Shown here piece by piece: positions 26,141-39,064 of a stretch of DNA of 64,000 bases. Position 1 is the stretch's first letter, and each line of letters starts with the position of its first letter. The notes beneath the pieces are model-generated. The model had not been told where the DNA came from. It saw nothing but the letters and a program-made list of their open reading frames with translations, and searched no databases. A program made the translations under genes and the position numbers. The stretch comes from Hydrolagus colliei (lineage: Eukaryota), in NCBI GenBank assembly GCA_035084275.1, contig CM068750.1, forward strand, positions 8,122,001-8,186,000, in the 5' to 3' direction.

Positions 26141-26731
26141 GACTACGGAAACTCTCTCCTCGTCGGCCTCCCCAGTTCCTCCATTCACAGGCTGCAGGTC
26201 ATCCAAAACTCTGCAGCCCATGTACTATCCCGCACCTGCCTCCGCGACCACATAACCCCCACCCTCGCCCGTCTCCACTGGCTCCCCATCCTCCAGAGGA
26301 TCGAGTTCAAGATCCTCGTCCTCACCTTCAAGGCCTTACACGGCCTTGCCCTGCCCTACTTAACCGACTTACTTTCCCCCTATAATCCCACCCGGTCCCT
26401 CCGTTCAGCAGGTCTTGGCCTGCTCTAAGCCCCCCGCCCGAACCGCCCCACCATTGGAGGCCGGGCTTTCAGCTTTTCCGCTGCCACCCTGTGGAATTCC
26501 ATCCCCCAATCCCTCCGTCTTATTTCTTCCCTTTCCTCTTTCAAGGCCGGTTTGAAGACTTTCCTCCTCAACCGTGCCTTTTGTTCCCCCCCGAATTTTT
26601 CGACCTCCCCTACGTGTTTCACCCCTTCCCGAACACCCCCTTCCCAGCTCGGGTCACACGCCTCCTGTGCAGTGCCTTGGGACGTCCTCCCGAAGTGAAA
26701 GGCGCTTTATAAGTTTAAGTTGTTGTTGTTG
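26141..26731 (+). mobile_element. 5'-truncated L2-clade LINE (ORF2 C-terminus, 3' UTR, (GTT)n tail)
   Basis: The frame from 26141 reads DYGNSLLVGLPSSSIHRLQVIQNSAAHVLSRTCLRDHITPTLARLHWLPILQRIEFKILVLTFKALHGLALPYLTDLL...RSLRS (TAA at 26426-26428)...GGRAFSFSAATLWNSIP...FKAGLKTFL, the classic L2 C-terminus. It ends gccttgggacgtcctcccgaagtgaaaggcgctttataagtttaagttgttgttgttg. Confidence 0.93.
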
Positions 26732-27612
26732 AGGCAATCTACCTGTATTTGAATTACAAATTAGCAAATTGGCATATTCAGTGAAAGAGTGCAGTATTCA
26801 ACGAGACATCAGAAGCTCATTTACTTCACTTTTGCACTTTTGCAAACACACACATGTGATATAGATATTCATTATTTCTTAAATCATTTGCATGCTGCAT
26901 TATTTCACTGTTCTTCTACTGGCCTTTATGGTTCAATTCTTCCAGATTCAAATTTAGCAGATGTTAATGTACCAATTATTTTTCCCTTTGAATATTCTCC
27001 AGATAACATGATTTCAAGGTAATTTATTTGGAAGTTATTTGCATTCATCACTTTTGTTTGGCTTGTATTTTTTTTTAAGGTGCATAAGAATTTAATACAT
27101 TTCCCTTTGGTGTGTTCTTTCAATCTGTGTGTCAGCTCATTCTTGCAGGTCAGTAGGGGCAGTTCACCTTATTGTGAATAATTTATGAGGGTCCGATGCT
27201 CGATCACTAATAAATATCATCTTAAGATTGACTTCAATTACTATTAACATCCCTCACCTGTCATTTCCAATTTACACATCTGAATATTTATAATGTTATG
27301 GTTTAAGAATTCCCTGAAGAGGTTCTGCGCATACAATTATTTACTGGTAGAACTATCCTTGACATTTGTTGAGGTAAGAGCAATTTGTAACTAGTTTCAA
27401 AACATATTTAAAACACACTTTCTCAAGTGGGTTTTGCCAAATCCACCCATCCACCCATCCATCAGGTTTGGAATTTTCATTGCTCCCAAAGAGAGGAAAG
27501 TGATTTTCTGCTGAGATATGTCTGTCCTTATTGTATCTTTTTATCAATTTAGTGCCAACATATTATCCATTGAAAACAAACTGAAACCTCTAAGCTACAT
27601 TTCATCTTTATC

Positions 27613-27625
27613 ATGCATACATGCA

Positions 27626-27658
<33 letters not shown>
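27613..27658. repeat. (TACA)n microsatellite, probably the tail of the adjacent CR1
   Basis: catgcatacatgcatacatacatacatacatacatacatacatatatag directly abuts the CR1 3' end. Confidence 0.85.
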
Positions 27659-27659
<1 letters not shown>

Positions 27660-29090
27660 GAAATAGGTGCAAGGAGTAGGCCATTCGGCCCCTCAAGCCT
27701 GCCCCACCATTTAATAAGATCATGGCTGATCTTCTAACCTAATTCCATTTAACTGCCCTATCCCCATATCCCTTAAGCCCTCTATATTTTAAAAATCTAT
27801 CAATCTCAAGTCTTCAATATGTCCAAAGATTGAACATCCACATCCTTCTGAGCTGGAGAATTCCATAAATTCACTAATCTCTGAGTGAAGAAATGTTTCC
27901 TCAACTCTGTTCAGAAAGCCTGACCGTTAATCGTGTGTCTAGACCCTAGTTTTAGATTCTCCAACTAGGGGAAACAGTCTATTCTGTCAAGCCCCTTAAC
28001 AATCTTATAGGTTTCTACAAGATCATCTCTAATTCTTCTATATTCCAGAGAAAATAGGCCTAGTTTACTCAACCTATCCTCATAGGTCAACCCCCTCATC
28101 CCATAGACCAACTTAGTGAATCTACCCCCTCTAAGACGAATATGTCCTTTCTTAAAAAAGGAGACCAAAACTGCACATAATATTCCAGGTGCAGTTTCAC
28201 CAAGGCCCTGTATAATTGCAGCAAGACTTCCCTACTCTTGTACTCTAACCCTTTTGCAATGAATACCAACATACCATCAGCCTTCCTAGTTGCTTGCTGT
28301 ACCTACATACTAACTTTTTATGACTAGTGTGCAAGGAAACACAAAGTCTCTCTGAACACTAACACTACCTAGTCTCTAACCCTCCGGTAAATAATCTGCT
28401 TTTCTATTTTTACTACCAAGGTGAATAACATTACACTTCCCCCATTTTATACTCCATTTGCTACCTTCTTGCCTACTCACCTAGCCTATCTATATCGCTT
28501 TGTATTCTTTTTGTGTCGTCCTCACTGTTTACTCTCCCACCTAGCTTTGTATCATCTGCAAATTTAGATATGTCAAGCTGTATTTCCTCATCTAAATCAT
28601 TGATATAGACTGGAAATAGTTGGGGCCCAAGCACTGATCCTTGTGACACTCCACTAGTCGCATTCTGCCAATCGGAGAAGGACACGTGTATCCCTCCTCT
28701 CTGTTTTCTTCCTGTTAGCCACTCTCCAATCCATGCTAATATATTACATTTAATTCCATGGGATCTAATCGAATGTAACAGCCTTTTAAGTGGTACCTTA
28801 TCGAATACCTAAATCCAAATATACTACATCTACTGATTCCCCCTTATCTAAGCTGCAAGCTATATCCTCAAAAAACTCAAAAAAGATTTGTGAAACATGA
28901 TTGCTCTTTTGTAAAGCCATGTTGACTCTGCCTAATAATGTTATGCTGTCTAAGTGCCCCACGACAATATCCCTAATTAAGGTGTCTAGAATTTTCCCTA
29001 CCACCAATGGACTAACTGGTCTATCGTTCCCCATTTTTTCTCTCCCACCCTTCTTAAATAGCGGCATGATGTTTGTGACCTTCAATTTGA
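27657..29090 (-). mobile_element. 5'-truncated, frameshifted CR1 LINE (reverse transcriptase remnants)
   Basis: Minus-strand ORFs give NIMPLFKKGGREKMGNDRPVS, FFEFFEDI...DKGESVDVVYLD, SGVSQGSVLGPQLF.VYINDLD...SKFADDTKLGG and GLTYEDRLSKLGLFSLEYRRIRDDLVETYKI. The 3' end ggagtaggccattcggcccctcaagcctgc is typical of vertebrate CR1. Confidence 0.95.
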
Positions 29091-30014
29091 TGGGAGCAGA
29101 ACATTAAAAGTAATCAAACCTTTGATTTTAAGAATAAGAATTGAAAAAATTTCACTTTAAGTGATTTATTTATTTAACGGTGGTTTTATTCAGGTTTTGA
29201 ACATTTTAGATCTAATCACCGTTATTTGCCTCTGGTGGCCCCTCATGTTTATTCCTCAAGCTAAGGAGTGGACAAGTTTGATCAGGCAGTGAAACCTAGG
29301 CAATTTACCTTTCTATCAGGTACACTGAGTGTTCTCTCCTGACATAAGAAAACAGCAACACGCATGAACACATCAGGGAAGGAGGAAATAAAGTGCCTGT
29401 GGTTCCTATGAGAATCTCCAGTTCTTTGATAGTACTATGCCCAGGAATTAGCCTAGGTTTTATTTAGCGTCACTTCATTCCATCACCCGCACATAGGTGT
29501 CTGAGAGACTGAACCGAATCAAATTGCACACAAAGTGGGAAGTGCAAACTGTTTCCGCAGTCTCAGTGCACACTGCAATGTTCATGTTTCATTAAACAGA
29601 CTGACAGTAACTATTTCACTGATGTAGTTCAACCGTACTGTAGATGACTCAAGGTGGTTATTTTTGAGGCTAGAAGTTCAACACGGGTCAGTGTGCCTTT
29701 ATTGAAGTGATCTCCTGCAGTATTCGCTCAATTACCTTTAGGATAGGTTGGGGGAAGCATTTCTGACAAAATTATCTTGATGTTTTTCTTTTGGCCATAT
29801 ATTTTCCTCAAGAGGCTACATAAAATGCAGTAGGAGCTGGTGTTATCAGCTGAAAAAGTCCTTTCTCATTTCCTACCTTTTGACATATAAAATGTAACTA
29901 AAGTTATGAACATTAAAGAGCAAACTGGCAGCTTTGTCTTTTCAGGCAAAATTGAAACCTGGCTAAACGAAAACTAACTTTTCCGCACACTTTTCCATTT
30001 ATTTTCCTCATCAG

Positions 30015-30191
30015 AGTCCATGTACGCCGGACGGATAAAGTGGGGACTGAGGCAGCCTATCACCCTATCGAGGAATACATGGTGCATGTGGAAGAACATT
30101 ACAAGCTTCTCGCTCGTAAAACTGAGATCGACAGAAAACGGGTCTACCTGGCCACGGATGACCCAACTTTACTCCAGGAAGCCAAGTCAAA
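30015..30191 (+). CDS. FUT8: FUT8 coding exon with the GDP-fucose-binding motif VHVRRTDK
   Basis: Acceptor ttttcctcatcag|A and donor TCAAA|gtaagg. The 177 nt translate (G)[58 protein letters not shown](K), including the fucosyltransferase motifs HVRRTDK and YLATDD. This frame is not in the ORF track and was read by hand. Phase 2 in, phase 2 out. Confidence 0.98.
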
Positions 30192-30897
30192 GTAAGGAGC
30201 ACTTTTATCCTGTGTGATTTTGAGAAGGGTTTTATTTTCACAGCTGGTGACTTGAGGAACACCTGAAGGCAAAATAATTTACACCGGTCTTCAATTAGCT
30301 ATTGACAGCTCTGTTATGCATTGTGTAGCCTACTAAACAAAGTACTGTAATAGAGTTGCACCTAACGACATGGACTACAGCAGTGAAGGCATCTTTACTC
30401 CCTGCTGTCTCAAATTGATCTGTGGAAAATTATGCAATAGATGTTGTTCAACCAAAATGTATTGCATTATACTCCTGTTTGCATCATTTTTTTCAGTTTA
30501 GTGTTCCTTGAGGTCAATAATGTATAATAGACAATCTTTGCATTTCTTCATAGCAGATTATCTGGGTTAAAACAATGGTAGGAAGGGAAGTGCTGGCTAG
30601 ATGCTGAGAAGAGCCACTCTAATGATTAACCCTTGGCTCAGAAGAAACCTTTCCACGATTTTCTCCACAGCTGTCATCCTTTAGGTCTGTCAGAGTGAGA
30701 CCGATAATTTAGTGCCAATTAATGTTGAATTATGGGCTCTTTGGTGCTGTGGAGTAAAGCCCATGAGCAAATGGTTTGAAACTGTGGAAATGCATTTCTC
30801 TCAGATACCTTTATAGCTCACAAAGAGAAGCAACGTTTATCATATATATCTTGAGCAATATTGAAGCCAGGTCCCTGACGTCAGAGAGCAATGTTGC

Positions 30898-31000
30898 ATA
30901 ATCCTTTTGCATTTGAGATAGCACTTTTCACATCTGAAGCATGATTCAAAGCACTTCACTGTGTATTTTGTGGATGAATGCAGCAGGCAATTTGTGCACA
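30898..31000 (-). mobile_element. SINE tail and Deu fragment
   Basis: ataatccttttgcatttgagatagcacttttcac...caaagcacttcac...gcagcaggcaatttgtgcacag. Confidence 0.65.
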
Positions 31001-31909
31001 GGTGTAGTCTGAATGAACGTCTGGGTCAGGCAGCAAGTTTGAAGGGCTTGCTTCAACCTTCATATAAGTGCAAGATGTTGTTCAGGCCTCAACCATAACA
31101 TACTGCTCTCTGAATGCATGTTTGATCTTAATTCAACAACATAGGATTCACAATAAAACTAATGCTTCAGGAGCAGTTGGTGGTGAAATAGCAATGTGGC
31201 CTTTTATGTTCTCCAAAACACCTGCCTCTTTGTCCTTTTCATTCAGTTTGATATCTTTCTTCCCCCAGATATGGCTGGGTAACGTTTTCAAGCATCGCAG
31301 TGCACAGTAGAATCCGCTGTTCGCAACCAAAGTTGTTACTTATAGGCGTAAAATAATGCATTTCAAAGTGAAACCACAAACTTATTGCTGTAATACCACT
31401 TGTAACATTAAGTGTTTTGATGCAAGAATGACAAATGTTTGTCCAGGAATTTTAGAAGTGTCCCAAATACATATCCTTCTGTGTTGTGCACTTGGGAATT
31501 GTTAGGAATGAGATTGATGATCAAAAAAGGCTGAAACTGATTGCAAACTGCTTTAAACATATATGGCTGTGTGCACTCTTGGGAGTGAGGTAGATTAAAA
31601 TGGGTTACACTTTTAAACCAAATTCATTGAGGTCTGACAGCATACTGCTCAGTTCCTGCTGGCTGCTGCAGGCTTCCTTTTACACCTGAAATGCTATTAT
31701 GCCCTTTTTATATTACTATACCACACCTTCAGCGGAACACTGATTTAAAGAAGTAATTACACTTCACCAGAACTGTGTAAAGTTCTGACAACCACAGATG
31801 GCTCATAAACCTTTTTTTAACCAGGTGGGTGTCTGCCATACATGCGAACCCATCACTTTGCTTAAGAGTAGCTAAAGCAACTTGCACTTACACTGCAGTG
31901 GCGCAAATA

Positions 31910-32647
<738 letters not shown>

Positions 32648-33784
32648 TAGAAATTAGTACCTTTGGATCAAGTTCAGATGAAGAAGGCACTTATCTTATT
32701 TGATTTCTTCCTCTCAGAATGCCCACTTTGCTGTACTCCTGTCACTGCATAATTTTTAAAAAAAATAAGTCCTGATTCCTGGCCTTAGCCATTCTTCTGT
32801 CAACCCGTTCCAGTCATTAATGACCCTCCTAGTAAATATATATTTTCTGGTGTCTCTCTCAAAATGGTTTTGTGTAACTTTAAACCTGTCCCCATGTTCT
32901 GCTGATTCCATGCATCCAAAAGTAGAGCTCAACTGTCTACTCTTGACTCTTCCCAGACCTTAACTGCAAGTTAAATTCAATAGATGAAATAGATGTGATA
33001 GTTTTTTGTTCATGTAAAACTCTTTAACTACAATACAAGTGTATTATTAGTAAAAGACCATTCATTTGTGCCTTAAATAGCCTCGTCTATTGGGCCTTCC
33101 TGTATCATCCACCATCGATCATGTCTTAGATAATGGCTGACTTTCTCTTATTGTCAATGGGAAGGTCACACAAGGAAATTCTTTATTGCAGCCATTTAAA
33201 GCTACTCAATTATGATTTTAAAAATGGAGCTGTTGAAACTGTAATTGCTCATGATTAAGTCAGATCACTGCAGTGTAACTGGCAGTTAGATTCAAAGTGT
33301 AAATTAATTTGCTCCAAGGATAAGCATGTAAAAATGAGAGGTTGGATTCTTTATAGGTGGTTATAATAACTATTTTATGGAATGCACAACTTTGTTCAGT
33401 GCATTATTACAGGTAAAACGAGCTGAGTAAGTCAGAATAATATGTTGTCTTTAGTGATGCAGAGTTCCTTTTAAATACAAATTTCATGCTGAGTTCTGCT
33501 GCTCACCATGTTAAAATACTGATTTATGACTGTCCTGCTTGGGAAAGGGAGGTAAGCAAGGTCTTTTTGGGGTTGAGCTGGCTCCAAAGTGCTGTGTTTG
33601 GCAACTGAAAGTTGGAATCAAGTGAACTTTCTATGGGCAATGCTCACAATGGCCACCTAAGGAATTTTAACCGGTTAAACACCCAACACACACCCTGAGG
33701 TCCTTTATTCTTCCCAATCTGTGCACAACTATCTTTGGAATTAGGTAAGCAGGACAAGTCTTTCCAGGAAGAGAGGATGCGTTG

Positions 33785-34136
33785 TATTATTTTCCCCTTC
33801 TCTCCCTCCTCCCTCTTGCCCCCCTTTCTCCCCCCTTTTCCTATCTGATTGTTCCCCATCTTCGCCTCCCTCTCCCCCTTATCCTCTTTTCCCCCTTTCT
33901 CCCCTGGCCCCATTTCCACGACTGTTTGTGGGACGCTGTTGTGCGCAATTTGGCTGCCGCGTTTCGCCCACAAATATACAGTCAATTTTCCTACTTTTCC
34001 TCCCCCAACCACGACCCCTCCCCCCCCGGTCTAGTCCCTACCTTGGGACATTGTTGTATTCTGTGAAGCGCTTTGAGACATCGATAAGACGTGGAAAGTG
34101 CTATATAAACTTAAGGATTATTATTGTATTATTATA
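33785..34136 (+). mobile_element. Chimeric Deu-SINE 3' half with C/T-rich segments
   Basis: CpG-rich Deu core (33915-33988) and tail ctgtgaagcgctttgagaca...gtgctatataaacttaaggattattatt, preceded and interrupted by C/T-rich tracts. Confidence 0.7.
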
Positions 34137-35094
34137 GACTCACAGAAATTTACAGGTATGGGTGGTACATATATGTAGCAGTGCCCTGCTCTTTCCTTCA
34201 TTAATACATTGCTCTGTAGGCAATACTGCTCTTATCACCAACATGGGGTATGGGTGAGGGAGAAGAATGGGAGGCGGATGGTGGAGAGGGTACAGGTGGG
34301 AGACAGGCTATGTTCAACCATTGCTACGGGTTGACTAATTAGCAGAAAGCTCGAGGTAAGAGAGGCAATTTAAAAATAAAAGGTCACCCATCTGAATCAG
34401 TGAAATAGATTAAAATATCTAAAATATTGAATATTTCACTTCATGCTGCAATCCCACAGAGACCTGCATTTCGAGGCATCTGCACTCAGGTAGCCAGCCG
34501 CTCAGTTGATGACAGCTATGAGGTTGTCAGTGAGTGGCTTTGTCGGAAATAGTACTGATTAATGTACTTTCTTTTCGTGAATGAGCCTCAGGAGATGTCC
34601 ATGCTGGGAATGTTCAGTACTAGTTGAGCACTGTGTACGTGTAAACATCATATTGCTAATTTGCAGTTGTGCACACAGGTGCGTGACTGTGGTTGTTCTA
34701 CCAGGTCAGTGGCTTCAAAATGCAAGCCTATGAGCATCAAACGAAGAATTGAGCCCGTAGTACCAACCATCATTTTTGCACTTGCTGCTGTGGGCTTAAG
34801 CTTATGCCCTGCAGCAGTCTGAACTCCAAGGTTTAATTGTATGCTATCAGCTCCAACTTTCTGGCATGTGAAATAATGAATAGTCATATTTTATTCATGA
34901 GTTTCAATAAGTTTTTTTTTTGAAAAGTGCTGTGTAGGTAATTTTTGGTGCATAACATTTCAATAACTCAGATAAGGTTAGTGCTAGTGATATCTTCGTG
35001 CTGCCAAATAATTCTAGAGTCTAACTGACAGGTGACAATTAATCTTTGTCTTCAGCACCAAGGTAATTTAATTGATGAAAGACACTGTCTAGTC

Positions 35095-35395
35095 TGACAT
35101 AGTCGAGGTTCGCACTCAATGCAGTGCTGGATGAGCCATCAGAGGTGCCATCCTTCAGATAAGCTGCTAAATTGAAGTCACCCGCCTCATCAGGTTGATA
35201 TCAAAGATCTCATACACTATTAAAAATGGGCAGGGGTTTCTTCCAGTGTTTTGACTTATGATTCTTTCAAATTTAAAACAAGGGTCATGGTTGTTTGCGG
35301 GACATTTCTGATGTTTAAATTGACTGCCACATTCACCTACAATACCGGCACTTGTATCGTGAGAGCTTCATTTTGAAATTGGGAGAATACAATAT
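35095..35395 (+). mobile_element. Old SacSINE1/AmnSINE1-like Deu-SINE fragment
   Basis: agaggtgccatccttcagat...tcaggttgatatcaaagatctcatacactatt...ttgtttgcgggacat...aaattgactgccacattcacctaca. Confidence 0.6.
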
Positions 35396-35713
35396 CAACT
35401 AATCATCATCGATCATCATTACACCACCTCATTTCTATCTCCATACAGCTAAATATGGAGAAGCTTTCTTCCTGCACAATATGGTTTGGGATCGAATCAC
35501 TGCTGTTGGATACTGATGAATTGAGTACTGTTGCTTCTGATTGCAAACAAACTGAATTCTGTTTGAAGGTTCTTAGGAGTGTATTGGACTGGATCATCAA
35601 TCTAACCGAAAATCCAGTAGTCTTTCTGATTGCAATAACATTAAAATAGTTGCTAGATGTTCACTGCATTTAAAAACGCATGTTGCACATGTGCTGAACA
35701 TTTGTCATATATT

Positions 35714-35780
35714 GATATATATATATATATATACATATATACTGTATACACACATATATAGTGTGTGTCTGTATTATATA
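35714..35780. repeat. (TA)n / (CA)n low-complexity microsatellite
   Basis: Visible directly in the sequence. Confidence 0.85.
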
Positions 35781-36189
35781 TAGCAAGAGGTATTTGAGCT
35801 GAAAATATAAAATCCACCTTCCGACTCCTAATTGCTCTTCTGCTCGATGCTACATCAAATCTCTGAAGTAGAATAAAATTGAGTACTAACGGAAAATATA
35901 AAATGTGAAATCTGTAGTATTCATCTCCTGAGTAAGAAATAACACAACTTGCTGTCCACACACATTAACAGCCTCTGACTGCAGTGCTAGGGCCTTCCCT
36001 CACGTGTGAGCCAGACGTCCCCTTGCCGTATAAAAAATAAAAAAAGTACATGTTTTTGGTGGAAAATGTGTATTTTGTTTGTGTGTACTGTATCCAGAAT
36101 TTCTACAACTTTTTTTTTAACCACAAAGGAGGATGTTTGTTAAGGAAAGCAAAAAAATGTTTTAAAAATTCTCTTTGTGAAAGATAATC

Positions 36190-36570
36190 TTTCACTATCT
36201 ATCCTCTCAAAATCATGTAGAATTTTTAAAGATCTCCAATGAGATCCTTTCTTAAGCTCCAATCCAGTAGCAACAGTCCGTTTTCAAGCCTGTCCTCATA
36301 ATAATAATAATCCATCATACCTGCTATAATTATGAAGTTACAGAGTATCATTTTCTTGCCTCTTACCTTTCTATAATCATCTATTTCTTTCATGGAATGC
36401 CCAAGAACTGCCACTGTGCTCCTTACTTTGGCATAACCAATACCTTTGATAAATTTAACAGCACTTCCTTATTTTTATATTCAATACCCCTCAATATACA
36501 ATTAGAATCTCCATTGCTTTTTGTTTAATTGCCTATTTACCTGGAATTTCATCTTTCACAATCTTATGTA
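36190..36570 (-). mobile_element. Highly degenerate CR1 fragment
   Basis: The minus strand reads YEDRLENGLLLLDWSLRKDLIGDL, a decayed YEERL..LGL..LE.RRL.GDLI motif. Confidence 0.5.
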
Positions 36571-37539
36571 TGTGCACCGTCCATTAATAAATTAAGAATC
36601 TACGCACGACTGATCATTTATTCACGGGCATGCACTTACAACTGATACAAGCCATTTGATGCTCTGTGAACTGCGGCTGTCCTTAATCATGTTTGAAGTT
36701 CCTTAAATTACAAATTTAAAAATGGCCATTAAATGAAATTCCAGGATGGAGAGTGAATTAATGAAGACTCGAGCAGAAATAATGCTGAAAAGCTATTTGC
36801 TAACCTGGGATGAACTCCAGTAGAGTCTAGGATTTAAAACATACGTGGCTGATATTGAAGACTCATTTATAACATCACTGCAAAATTTTGAAATACAAAT
36901 GTTGTAACCATTAATCTTAAAGCACTTGTTAGTATCAGCAAGTAAAACGCCAAGCTATTTTAGGGATCCTTAAAAGTTACATTTCAATGAAGAATTTGTA
37001 CTGCAAAGTGTGTCTGTTGCACATAGGTTTCTCAATTGGAGAAGCAAAAGATTGTGGTATACTGTTCTGGGAATTCATCTTGTGAAAGCAGCTGTGCTAA
37101 GAAAGTATTAACTGAAAATAGTTTTGTTTAATGTCATTAATTCCACCTCAGCATCTCTGGTATAAAGATTGCACTATTGACAGATGAGGAGAACTATGCA
37201 AATTTCTGCTTATTCCTGAGAAGTATTGGAAGGTCTTTTGATTGTTTGGAAGGATAAAGATCGATGCATGTCTAGTTTGGAGTATTTTTTCTCCCCCGTT
37301 TAATTTTTCAATTACACACAAAAACTATTGGGATTCGGGCAATGGAATAATTGCTTTGTTAGTTCAAAGGAACTAGATTGCATCTTTTCTTGCGTAAATA
37401 TTTTTATATATGTACTATTTTGTCACTTTCAGTTGAGACAAAGTTCTAAAAGGTACAGAGACTGATGACAATGAGAAGTAATCCAATTTGATATTCAGAG
37501 GATAGGGTGAATCACAGGAACAAAGAGCTGCCGGTTTGT

Positions 37540-37790
37540 GATTGTCACCGGAGGCGAATTATGGGGCAGGACACTGGTAGAAAGTCCCTTCTCTTTTCAA
37601 ATATTGCCTTTGCATCCTTTATGTTCAAGCTCAGTTTACCAACCGTAGGATAGTATCTCAGATGGTGCAGTGCTGCCCTGACAGACACTACATTTGACCT
37701 TGTCTTTGAACTGAGATTTCCGACATTGGGGTTGAACCTTCTGACTTGGAGATGACAGTACTATTACCTGAGCCAGGCAGACACATATAG
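37540..37790 (-). mobile_element. Old SacSINE1/AmnSINE1-like SINE
   Basis: gggttgaaccttctgacttggagatgacagtactattacctgagccaggcagacac is the reverse complement of the head seen at 56605 and 61501. Confidence 0.6.
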
Positions 37791-37996
37791 CTCACACGTC
37801 TCAGGCAGTTAGAAGTTCTGTGCCTCACTGGGTTTGTGCAATTTCAATCATTGTCATAGACTACAACATGCTGAGGAAAAACTATGATTTGCTTGTGACA
37901 GATTTCTGGAGAATAATCTAATAAATCTTAAGTTAATTCAAGTATCAAATTTCATTTACTGCCTCTGCTTGTCTCATTTTGATCTAAAGTGGCAAC

Positions 37997-38052
37997 CTAT
38001 ATATATATATATATATGTACGTATGTATATATGTATGTATATATGTATATAT
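37997..38052. repeat. (TA)n/(TATG)n microsatellite
   Basis: Visible directly in the sequence. Confidence 0.85.
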
Positions 38053-38734
38053 ACAAATAAAAATTTTAAATGCTCTATGTGTTAAATATTGGAATATATA
38101 CGAACCTTGGGGTAGCATTGAGAACTGTAGGTCAAATTGAATGCAGAGTAGAAGCTCTTCTTCACCCAAGCTTCAGAAAAGCACCCTCTTCCCGTGATGT
38201 GACATTTCCAAGGACATCTCTGTATCAGACATCCAGTTCGATTCCGTCAGTGTGGGCTGGATTCGGAGCCAAATTCCAGGGGTAGAAGGCTGATGCTCTA
38301 ATAGATTCTGTGAACCTGATAACATGATTTGCTGCCGAAAGGTGTGCCATCATCTGGCCCCAATTTCCACATGAAATTCACTTTTATGGATTTCTGTTAA
38401 ATTAATCGAATTTTAATCACAAGGAAGTGAAGTCGTTATGCAATTTTTTTGAGATTGCCCAATTGCCTCTGCACCAAAGTCACCAACATTGATCAGCGGC
38501 GGTGTCAGACTGCTGACTTCTAATAAAGTATTTCTAATGTTGGATATATTTCATGTCATTTCTTTTGCCTCGGTGAATGTCCAAACTGAACGCTTGCTCG
38601 TGCCAAGCTTTCAAATTGAATTCTAGTCCTGCTAATGATGAAATGCCCAGCAATGATGTGCATGTCACCAAGCAGTTCAGCTTTTAACCAAGTGCTTCAT
38701 AATAATAAATCTTTCTCTTTTTTTTGCATCACAG

Positions 38735-39064
38735 GTTTGTCGTGTGGCTTATGAGATAATGCAGACTTTGCACCCTGATGCTTCGACTTATTTCCGTTCC
38801 TTAGATGACATCTATTACTTTGGAGGACAGAATGCACATAATCAAATTGCAGTTTACCCTCACAACCCACAGACTCCTGAGGAAATTAAATTAGAGCCCG
38901 GGGATCTCATCGGAGTGGCCGGTAACCACTGGAATGGTTATTCCAAAGGTATTAACAGGAAAATTGGGCAAACGGGCCTATACCCATCATATAAAGTGAA
39001 AGAATACGTCGAGACCATCAAGTATCCAACCTACCCAGAGGCTGACAAAGAAAAGCAGCAGTAA
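38735..39064 (+). CDS. FUT8: FUT8 last coding exon (SH3 domain and stop codon)
   Basis: Acceptor tttttgcatcacag|GTT. The 330 nt translate [109 protein letters not shown], with TAA at 39062-39064. Confidence 0.98.
   Translation, partial: VCRVAYEIMQTLHPDASTYFRSLDDIYYFGGQNAHNQIAVYPHNPQTPEEIKLEPGDLIGVAGNHWNGYSKGINRKIGQTGLYPSYKVKEYVETIKYPTYPEADKEKQQ

Noticed and set aside
27965-29085. Reverse-transcriptase-like ORFs as a novel RT-based system
   Set aside because: They are frameshifted, truncated remnants of an ordinary CR1 LINE with its typical 3' end and microsatellite tail.
30011-30016. Alternative acceptor AG two bases downstream (tcag|ag)
   Set aside because: It would shift the frame and destroy the VHVRRTDK motif. 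Only the 30015 start fits the neighbouring exon phases.
30020-30217. ORF-track protein [12 protein letters not shown]...
   Set aside because: It is an off-frame reading of the FUT8 exon at 30015-30191. The true frame encodes VHVRRTDK.
33644-34137. Cluster of Gly/Lys-rich and Pro/Leu-rich ORFs
   Set aside because: An artefact of a C/T low-complexity tract plus SINE sequence.
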